A stretch of 64,000 nucleotides of DNA from the human T2T-CHM13v2.0 reference genome, Homo sapiens, in the NCBI RefSeq assembly GCF_009914755.1, contig NC_060936.1, one strand, 5' to 3'. Made by a program: the position numbers and the translations under genes. This document shows, piece after piece, positions 54,620 to 64,000 of the stretch; the first letter of the stretch is position 1; each line of letters opens with the position of its first letter. The notes under the pieces were generated by a model. It did no database searches. It saw only the letters and a program-made list of their open reading frames with translations, and was not told the DNA's origin.

Positions 54620-54810
54620 CTATACATGACCATGGGTGATGGGGTAATGAGAAAGAGTAAGATGTTGACTGGGACACTTTTTTTAGGTTGGGTGAGGGAG
54701 CTTAGAAAACTCAGGAGGAGCTAGTTTAGTGAACAGAAGGAAAGTAATTGAGTTTGGTTTTGGATATGTGGAGTTTGAAATGCTTTGAGACATCTATGTG
54801 ATTTCCAAAG
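54620..54810 (-). mobile_element. L2 fragment
   Basis: GAGTTTGGTTTTGGATATGTGGAGTTTGAAATGC...GACATCT. Confidence 0.55.
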
Positions 54811-54835
54811 GTCAATTTGTCTTTAAGAAATCAAT

Positions 54836-55026
54836 ATCACACACCGGGTCCTGTTGGGGGATGGGGCTAGGGCGAGGGATAGTATTAGAAGAAATACCTA
54901 ATGCTATATAGAAGATGGGTTGATGGGTGCAGCAAACCACCATGGCATGTGTATACCTATGTAACAAACCTGTATGTTCTGCACATGTATCCCATAACTT
55001 AAAGTATAATGATAATAATAATAATA
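54836..55026 (+). mobile_element. Short L1PA (PA6/7-like) 3' end
   Basis: GGGTTGATGGGTGCAGCAAACCACCATGGCA...AACTTAAAGTATAAT plus (AAT)n tail; TSD AAGAAATCAA at 54825 and 55027. Confidence 0.9.
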
Positions 55027-55469
55027 AAGAAATCAACATGCTTAAAATATGCATGATTACCCAAGCCTTTTTTTTTTTTTTAAATAAGTAAGGCCTTGTG
55101 TCAGAACGTTCTAGGACATTTGTTGGGTATTATAGGGGGTTAATGCTCTGTATGATGAGGGCAAGAGGCAGAGAAATATGGCCTACCACCATCATGTTGG
55201 CCAGTCAAACCCATTGTGCACCTATAGGTTTACTCATGAGGCCTGTTAATGTCATTCTAGGACCAGAGAAGCCTTCCTCAGATTCATACTAGAACTGGTT
55301 CCAGGGCCAATTTTACAAAGTCGCAAGGGGGACTTTTTCAGTGACTCCAGTGAATAAGTGGAATCTCTTCTGATCTTGAAGGATGATGTTGATGAAAGCC
55401 CAGTGAAAATCATATTGTAAAATATCTAACTGAAACTATTCTTTTCTAGTCACTGTCAGTGCCATTATA

Positions 55470-55715
55470 GTGATACCTAACACTTATTTATATAATTAAA
55501 GAAATGTATATATAGCATTCACCAAGTACTAGATTGTTTGCTAAGTGCTTTATAAATACCTACTCACTTAATTCTTATACCAACCCTATAATTAGGTATA
55601 ATTATTATGTATCTCTTCTAGATAAGGAAACTGAGATACAAAAAGGTTAATTAAATTTTCCAAAGTCACACAGGTAGTAAGTTGTGAAATTGGGATTCAA
55701 AACCATGCAGTTTGA
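55470..55715 (-). mobile_element. MIR
   Basis: CTAAGTGCTTTATA...TAGATAAGGAAACTGAGATACA...CCAAAGTCACACAG...GGGATTCAAAACC. Confidence 0.75.
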
Positions 55716-56139
55716 AACAATGAACTCTGAGGAAGCCTATGCTATATTGATGTTCATATCAGCCAGTCAATTAATTAAAATTGAGTTTCTAGATTGAAAA
55801 AATAAAATTGTACCTGTATATAAACTGTGTGCAATAAAATCTTGAGACTTTGTTCTAGACCCATTTTCTCTATGTTCAATTTAATACCAAATTATTAAGG
55901 TTAATATGAAGAAATGGATTTGTCTGTTTGCCCATGTCCTCTTTCCTTCTAAAGATAATTGAAGATATAATTAACATGTTTTACAAATCTGGAAGCATTG
56001 AATTTAAATTGCTAGTTGGATTACCTCATGTAGAAAACATCCATTAAGCAATATAAAATGCCAGCCAACAGAAAAGTGCAAATATTTAAAAATTGGAGAT
56101 TATAAAATCAGGATAGACCTACACTTTGGAGGGAGCCTA

Positions 56140-56330
56140 ATAATAGTAGTAAGCAAAAACACATTGAACTTAATGTATGCCAGGCATTCTTCTAAAGACT
56201 TTATGCATAGAGACTAAGCTTATAGATGGGGAAACCAAAGCACAGAGAAGTTAAATAACTTGCCCAAAATCACCTAACAAGTAAATAGTGAAACTGAGCT
56301 TGAACCAGGCAGCTGACCCCCAGACCCTGT
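56140..56330 (-). mobile_element. MIR
   Basis: TATAGATGGGGAAACCAAAGCACAGAGAAGTTAAATAACTTGCCCAAAATCAC. Confidence 0.7.
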
Positions 56331-56789
56331 GCTGGAGCAATCCAAGCTGGACACAGAGCAGGCAGTGATAAAGGTGAAGAGAATTTGGCATTCTCAGCTT
56401 GAGCCTCTTGGAGACAAGGCCTACAGGAAGCTAATAGAATTCCTGGAGAGATCTGGTGCCAGGCAGTCACTTTAAGATATGAAAGAAAAACTGTTCACAC
56501 TCAGGACTCAATAACATTTGATGAAGGTGAGGACGTTGCTCTGTGGTGTGTCACTGGCGTTATGGAAGGGTTCCATCTGGGTCATTAGCACCATAATCCC
56601 CAAAGTCAGTGTTAGGAATCTAAATTCTGAATTTAGAGTCCACAATAGTTGCCCTCATTGGTGACATTCATTCTTCAGCAGTCACAACTTAAATCAGTCT
56701 CATGTTCATCTTGTAGGGCAGCAAATTAAAATTTAATTCGACAAAGCTAAAAGGACAAGAAAGAGTTTAGGACAATCATTTGCTCAATA

Positions 56790-57110
56790 TTAAAGCAGCA
56801 CTGGATTAAGGCCAAAAAAAATCTGCTTTAGCTCTGTCACTCCCTAGATGATTGACTTTACCCAATTATCTGACATTATATGGATCTTCATTTAATCATT
56901 TGTAAAATAAAGGGAGAAGAAACTAACAGGTATTAATTGCCTTTTATGTACAAGGTTTTGTTTTAGGAACTTTGCATATGTTGACTAACTTAATCCTCAC
57001 CATCTTAATAATTGATAGGTTACTGCCCATTTTCAAGATTGAGAAAATAGAGGCTTAAATAATTTAAGAATTTACCTAAAGTCACCCAGCAAGTGGGATT
57101 CAAAGCATCA
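56790..57110. mobile_element. Two MIR fragments in opposite orientation
   Basis: CATTTGTAAAATAAAGG (sense) followed by TTAATCCTCAC...GAGAAAATAGAGGCTT...AAAGTCACCCAGC (antisense). Confidence 0.5.
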
Positions 57111-58359
57111 AAGTTTATGGTTTTTTTCTTTGCTGTTGTTTGTCTGTGTTTTGCATTTTATCTTCCTTTTATCATTGCAAACATATAATTCCAGAATTTT
57201 AGAAGTACACAAGGGGGATATGATGTCATTGCTACTATATTCTATAAACCCTAGAGCTACCACCTAAAGGACCACCACATCAACTTATCTTTATCTCTTG
57301 AGAGTTCTCCTTGGATTCTGATTTAATTGTCAAACATAATAGTCAACTGTATGATGGCTGAATGGACTATGCTTCATATAGTGGATCTATGGTAATCCAT
57401 TAAGGTGAAACCTTGAATGAATTTCCCTTAGGAGGTTAACTTATATCTAGAGAGTGACATGTATTACAGAAGAAAATTTGATTATTGGTATTGTTTGCAC
57501 GGTCTATTTTAATCTTGAAATATTTGAAAAGACTTGGTCAAAAGACAAGAAAGGACTAGTTTTTGGCAGTGGGTGTTTTCCATTCTTATGAATGTAATTT
57601 TGTCTCTGCAGAAAATTCAGACATTGCTTTGTCCAAAGGGACACCGACATCCTATACTATGCTTTATTTGATGTCTTATACTGCACACTAAACCACACCG
57701 GTGCACTTCAAATTATTCAGCTATAGGAATGTATATCTGGTTTGAACACTGAGGCCAGCTCCAGTGTGCTTTCTCATGTTGCTCCCAGATGGGTTGAAGA
57801 TATCTGTGAAGACACCACATTGCTATGTATTATTTACTCTTTATAAAATGTCCATCAGATACCCAAGCTCTTAAACATCTTCCATGACAGCCAGAGATGA
57901 CCAAAAACTTTTGATATCAAAAAGTTTAAAAATTACATCATGTAATTTTATAGATTAAGGAGCCAATGGGGTTTGAGTATTCCAATCCAGGTAATACCAA
58001 ATGGACAAAACAGTATGGTAAAATCCCAAGGCACTCATACTTGGTCTTGACTCTGAACAGAGTCAAGCTTTGGTGAAATAAGCTATCAGGGCTGAGTTCA
58101 ATAGTATAGGAGTGGGAAACAGAGATAAGGTATAGTAACTAGACAGAAATAGGTTCTGAAAGTGTATAGGTCAAAAGCAAACAAGGAACAACTGATGATA
58201 GTTTTTTAGAATAATGTAAGAGAAGCTAAACCTACAGTTAATAGATGATAATTAGAAGGTTTGTGTATGGCTGGACAAGTTTCAAGACATGTGATACACA
58301 GACAAAATGTGCTGTGGTATGCATTTGTCATGTTTTTCACTGTCCAGTGGCTGAGTCAT

Positions 58360-58740
58360 CTTTGTCAGTTAGGATAGGTATGTTAAACTGCAGTAACAAA
58401 CAACATGCACATTTCTGTGGCTTTAAACAATCACATTTATTTCTTGCTCATAATACATGTCCATCACAAGTTGGCAAGGAAGCTTTGCTTATCATAGTCA
58501 TTTAGGGACTCAGGCTGACAGAAGCATCCTTTCAACATGCCTTCAGATTTGCCTGGCAGGGAATAGTAGATTGGGAGAACCATATCCTGGTTCTTAGTAT
58601 TTCTGTCCTGAAGTGAAGAATGACTGTTACTTATATTTAATTGGCCAAAGTTAGTCATATTGCTAACTTGAATCAATGATGGTAAATAAATGTACTTCTA
58701 TGAAGAAGCAATTAATATAAGAATATAGTCTATTCCATCT
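58360..58740 (-). mobile_element. Old MLT1 (J-like) LTR
   Basis: GTCAGTTAGGATAG...GCAGTAACAAAC...GTGGCTTTAAACAA...TTTATTTCTTGCTCA...ATTGGCCAAAGTTAGTCA. Confidence 0.65.
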
Positions 58741-58789
58741 AGTCTGTAATTGGAAAATTACCTATCTTATGGCTCTGGGACGGCGGTAG

Positions 58790-59236
58790 AGTTGGCCTCC
58801 TACCACAGACATTATATATACACCAAGTAGTTTGTCTTCCCAGCCTCCCTGATCAATTTATGCACTTGGCTATGACTTGAAGTGGGACTAGTGACATAAA
58901 ACAACACGAGAGGAGGCTTCTTTCTGATATGGCTGTGGTGGCAGCAGCATCTGATTTCCAGGAAGAGTTGGGGCGGCCAGGTCAGTAAATGTATAAATTA
59001 CGGTATGGCGAGTCCAATGGCGATAGATGTGAAATCCTCACCTGATGGTATTTGGTGTGATTCAGGATATAGTTATGGCTATGCAGCCTCCCTTCATGCT
59101 TGTATGTTTTCATAACTGGTTCTCCAGCATTGCAATTCATTCTGTGATCTCCCCAACATCTTTTCAACTAAACCATTGTATTTAAATCAGCTTCATCAAC
59201 TTCTGTTGCTTACATCTAAGGATCATCATTAATACA
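58790..59236 (+). mobile_element. Old ERVL-class LTR (family uncertain)
   Basis: Ends TTCTGTTGCTTACATCTAAGGATCATCATTAATACA, an ERVL/MaLR-type LTR terminus. Confidence 0.4.
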
Positions 59237-59544
59237 AACTGGTTGAAAATAGCATGCACTTTTCTTGTCCTAATTGTCATAATATTTGCAGACACCTAAA
59301 AAAAAGCTACTTTATCCAGCACCTGACTAAATGGAAGAATATAATTCTTGTCACTTAAAATTTAGTTTTCTATTTTTTTAATTATATGTGAACACAAACT
59401 TTAAAAAATCAAATTTCTCCAAGTTATGAAAAGCAATAATATTCCCAGTGCATCATTCTCCTCCTGTCACAACCAATTTCTGTTTTAGCTTATTCTTTTA
59501 ATATTTATCTCCATGTTTCTAATGACATTATTTTAATGGTCAAC

Positions 59545-59775
59545 ACTTTTATACTGCTGGCTTTGTGACAAGTACTATTCTAAGTATTTTAGAAAGTTAG
59601 TTCATATAAAAATCTTATGAGATGAGTAATTATAATCACAGTTTTCATACGAGAAAACTGAGTTTCAAATAGGTCAACAATTTGCCCAAAGTCACATGAC
59701 TAGTAATTGGTAGGGCTGGGATTTGAACCCAGAGAGTCTCACTCCAGCATCTGCGCACATAACTACAATGCTATG
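59545..59775 (-). mobile_element. MIR
   Basis: GAGAAAACTGAG...TTGCCCAAAGTCACATGACTAGTAATTGGTAGGGCTGGGATTTGAACCCAG. Confidence 0.75.
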
Positions 59776-59812
59776 TTTTGCCTCTACATGTACTTATGTA
59801 TTTGCATTCTGA

Positions 59813-59910
59813 TTACTACGTCTTAAGCATTTGCCCATTGACTTCCCACTTGGTAAATGCCTTACTAAGTCTTAAGCATTTGACCATGGACTTCCCACTT
59901 GGTAAATCCC
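59813..59910. repeat. 49-bp tandem duplication (2 copies)
   Basis: TTACTACGTCTTAAGCATTTGCCCATTGACTTCCCACTTGGTAAATGCC vs TTACTAAGTCTTAAGCATTTGACCATGGACTTCCCACTTGGTAAATCCC. Confidence 0.9.
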
Positions 59911-60199
59911 CTTCTTCCTTGCCACACATAAGCACACTTCTCATTCACCATCTTCCTTAGGCTATAGAAATATTTAGCGAACATTATATCTATGCAAATG
60001 ATACTGATAGATGAACTGCTAAATTCTCTCCAAGTAGTATAAATCTCTTCTTTACAAGTGCAAACATATTAGGTATTCTATAGATTTAATCTTCTCGAAA
60101 ATCGCTCTTGGAGTCTCCTGAGTTACTCTTATCTGAACAAATTATTCCCTAGAGCTGTTGCAAAGTTGTTACTTTGGGTCTTTCTTCATAGAGAGGCTG

Positions 60200-60525
60200 T
60201 CAATGTTTTTCTTTATCTCTCTCTTGTGTTGCACCTTTTATTTCTAGGATCCCATATCTTTTATTTTCTTGGTTTATTATTTTTTGTTAAGACAGATGCA
60301 TCTTCTTGTAGTTTCCTGAAAAAGAATGCATGAAAGGTAATTTATTAAAATGTTTCATTTCTGAAAGTGTTTTATTCTACACAAGTACTTAGAAGATAGT
60401 TTGTCTGGGTATAGAATTTTAGATTGGAAATAATTTTTTCTCTCTATTCCGAAGGCATTATTCCATCCTCTTAGCTTTCAATGTTGCTTTTGAGTGGTTT
60501 AGTTCCATTCTGTTTGTTGATCCTG
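60200..60525 (-). mobile_element. Old L1M/HAL1-type fragment
   Basis: TCTGAAAGTGTTTTATT...GATAGTTTGTCTGGGTATAGAATTTTAGATTGGAAATAATTTT. Confidence 0.5.
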
Positions 60526-60998
60526 TGTAGTAAGTGAATCAGACATTTGTAAAATTATTAAATAATTTTCTTTATTACTAAATTAATTTGATAAAGATTA
60601 TTTTGTTTACAGTGAATATTGCTGCATAGTTATAACATTTTTATCTTTGGCTTATAATTTTATAACGTGGATATGTTTTGCATTGTGGTTCAAATATGAA
60701 TCTTTCTCACTCTTATTACTAAACACAAATGTATTGTCTCTCCTCTCTCCCAAAATTCAGTTTGTTTCTACAAAAAGCTCTTTTAATGTTGTCACTAATT
60801 TTCTTCTTCCAGTGGAAAGTGAGAACAGGTTGCCAGGAAGATGGGGAATTAGTGTGTAAAGACACTTAAAACAGGGAACAGTTCATAACAAAGCTTAAGG
60901 AGAGATAGAGTCCATTTGGGTTAATCATTTTATTTTCTGGTGAGAAAAACCAACTGGAAGTGTTTAAAGGATTTGTTCAATGGCACATGCTAATGTGT

Positions 60999-61140
60999 CA
61001 AGTGACCATATAATTTATCATCTCAATCAGGGCAATTCTGAGAGTAAAAGAGGATGAAATTGTTAATTATACCAGAGTAGCAAGTATAAACCAGACAAAC
61101 CAGGACAGTTCTGGGAAAACTGGAATGTATGATTACGCTA
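60999..61140 (+). mobile_element. MER94/MER81-like hAT-Blackjack MITE
   Basis: GTGACCATATAATTTATCATC...GAGAGTAAAAGAGG...AAACCAGGACAG...GTATGATTACGCTA. Confidence 0.55.
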
Positions 61141-61364
61141 CAATAATTATGGCCTAACCAAATCCTAAAAGTCTTGTCTCCAGTGTTTTTCCCCCATTTC
61201 CTTACTTTGTGCTAACTTCATTGACAACCAATCTCTGTTTAGTAGTTTCTTCTATCATTTTAATTGATTCATATGCTCCTTGATTTATTCAATAAATATC
61301 TGTTGAACATCTACTTTGACCTCTGATTCTTAAAGCCATACCTGTCATTTAAAAAAGACTAGTT

Positions 61365-61476
61365 CTAATGTAAATGACAAGTTAATGGGTGCAGCACACC
61401 AACATGGCACATGTATACATACGTAACAAACCTGCACGTTGTGCCCATGTACCCTAGAACTTAAAGTATAATAATA
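61365..61476 (+). mobile_element. Very short young L1PA (PA3/4-like) 3' end
   Basis: CTAATGTAAATGAC...GCACACCAACATGGCACATG...TACCCTAGAACTTAAAGTATAAT; perfect 14-bp TSD AAAAAAGACTAGTT (61351-61364, 61477-61490). Confidence 0.92.
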
Positions 61477-61826
61477 AAAAAAGACTAGTTATTACCTTCC
61501 ATTTAAAATACCTTATATGTACAAAGCCAGCAACAATATTAGAAAATGATCAAAGAAGCTGTTACTGCGCTATTTTATTCAAGAAGTAAATAGGTAGGTG
61601 AATTTTGGCAGTATTTGGTAACATAGTACAAACAAGCTAGTTTATCAGCTCTTACTCTGAATTAGACACACAGCTAGCTAGCATAGCATACATAGGTGGC
61701 TAAGCAGGTTTCTGTGAAGGCAGTGGCATACATCTTTAGTGGGAGTTTCAGGAAGAGCTTTATAGCAAGTTTCAGGAGGCATGCCAACCAAGAAAGGAGA
61801 TGTGAAGTGAAGCCTCGGGTAGACTA

Positions 61827-62236
<410 letters not shown>

Positions 62237-62599
62237 CTAGAAATTCATTCCCCAAAAAATGTGTGAGGCAAGGCCAAACTAGTTCATCTCTGTACTAGAA
62301 GTATAGTGAAAACACTACCTAAATTCTCAAGCTATTGCTATCAGTTTTTTTAAAAAGCTTTTGCTTTTCATCTCAATGATGGACTTTAAAGCATATCGCT
62401 CTTTAGATGGACAAAATTGTAGTTGGTAGTTTCATATAAAAAACTGAGTTGAAACTTCTACCTACCAAAATCAGGCCTTCTGTGGCTTTCAGCAAACATG
62501 TGAACAGAGTCTTTTGATTTGGTCAGTAAATATATTGTACTGAAATAGAATATAAACAATGAAGTATGCAAAATTTTTATTTGCCTGACAATTCTTAAT

Positions 62600-62790
62600 G
62601 AGTCTTGTGATTTTGCCACTTGGTGTGTCTTCTGGGAAAGTTCTTAACCTCTCTAACCTCCAGACTCCTCAACTACAGAAAATGAAAAAACTGTATCTCC
62701 ATCAACAGCCTGTTGGAAAATTCATATAGTGTTGTACATAATGTGATTAGCAGACTGCTTGGTATAGTAAGTATTTAGTAAATGATAACT
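62600..62790 (+). mobile_element. MIR fragment
   Basis: GGGAAAGTTCTTAACCTCTCTAACCTC...ATAGTAAGTATTTAGTAAATG. Confidence 0.5.
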
Positions 62791-63169
62791 GCAGTTTTCA
62801 ATTCTTTTTTTGTCTTTAAAACATACATTTTTAAGATGCACTTCCTTAACATAATTAAAATTTTATGAGAATTGGCACCTAAATATTTATGTAGTATTTC
62901 TGTGATATAAAAGGGACATGGCCTTGTTGACTATTTCTTGTGCATTTTTCATTCTGCTAATTGCTCCTATCTGTTCAATTGCCTCTGTAACAGACTTGCT
63001 CTTTCTTGTCAAGATTTAAGTCACATGCCAATATTCTAGCAGAAAACAATTTTTATGACAAAATGGTTTTCCCTCCTTTAGAACAAGAATTGCTGCTTTA
63101 AAACAATGTCCCCACTGCATGTTTTCAGCTGGGGACTGCTGGCAAAATTTATTAGATGTTATACACTAC

Positions 63170-63266
63170 TTTTTTTTAAATTATACTTTAAGTTCTGGGG
63201 TACATGTACAGAATGTGCAGGTTTGTTAGATAGGTATACACATGCCATGGTGGTTTGCTGCACCCA
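63170..63266 (-). mobile_element. Short L1PA 3' end
   Basis: TTATACTTTAAGTTCTGGGGTACATG...CCATGGTGGTTTGCTGCACCCA. Confidence 0.85.
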
Positions 63267-64000
63267 AATCTCTGTGCAAATAAACTTTTAAGATTCAGTT
63301 GTAGATATATATAAATGTTTTGAGATATTTCTCAAATAGCTATATAAATAATAATCTCCACATGGCAGGCAAGATCATTTGATTAGTGCATGATGAAATT
63401 CAGAATGTATACCTAGTTTTTAAAATGAGGTGTCAATGACTTGGTTATTAACCTATACACTGCATTCTGTGGTTAAAGCACTAGCTTGTTTCTTTTGGAA
63501 GCCAATTGGTATATGTTTGAAGATGTTTTGGTACAATGACAGTAACAACAACAACAACCAAGTATGCATTGAGATACTGTCATTTACTAGGGGCTAAGTT
63601 TTATATTTTATATATATATTCTATTGGCTAAAATAAAGACATATATGTGGTGCCCTGGGAAGGCCTGGAAACTTGGTAGTACTTACAAGTTTTTGAAATC
63701 TAAAACTATTCAAACAAAGTCAAGCCTACAGGTTTACCAAGAGGGCCAAATAATAAACAAATGCTACTCATCTCCAGGAGAACTGGGTAAGACAATGTTG
63801 AAGAGTTGGTGGAGAGGGAAATGAATGATCTTTGTAGAGCAGCCTCAGAACATTTAAATTTCCAAAGATAAATAATCTAGTGCTTAATTTTACAAGGAAA
63901 TTATAATGAAAAAGCAACTGTTTTAAATGACTAGAAGTACCATTACATTGGAAAATAGATACATTTTTGGCAAATTAATTGAGTCCAACTGAGAATGTTT

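Noticed and set aside
57595-57700. Splice-acceptor-like TTTTGTCTCTGCAG (similar site near 10430-10470)
   Set aside because: The frames I read after the acceptor close within ~30 codons and I found no convincing paired donor or protein similarity; a non-coding exon cannot be excluded without RNA data.

Overview
Primate (most likely human/hominid) nuclear DNA: AT-rich, CpG-poor and dominated by interspersed repeats (Alu J/S/Y, L1PA and older L1M, L2, MIR, THE1/MST/MLT1 MaLR LTRs, a HERV-L provirus with an MLT2A LTR, and Tigger/MER/MADE1 DNA-transposon relics). I find no credible host protein-coding exon, RNA gene or CRISPR array. The recognisable ORFs in the track are decayed L1 or HERV-L fragments and Alu/LTR read-throughs; the rest look like chance ORFs. 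The window is therefore intronic or intergenic, and I see no new multi-gene biological system. The most unusual structure is a ~770-bp, ~99%-identical inverted duplication (4849-5625 copied to 6893-7658) pasted into a THE1 LTR. It has a 9-bp microhomology and a locally templated 15-nt filler at its junction and flanks a 1.27-kb potentially invertible spacer. Also notable: a HERV-L provirus lacking its 5' LTR but apparently keeping its target-site duplication, two twin-primed (5'-inverted) L1s, and an ~18.5-kb nested transposon stack. Subfamily names and old-repeat boundaries come from by-eye comparison with remembered consensus sequences and are approximate.
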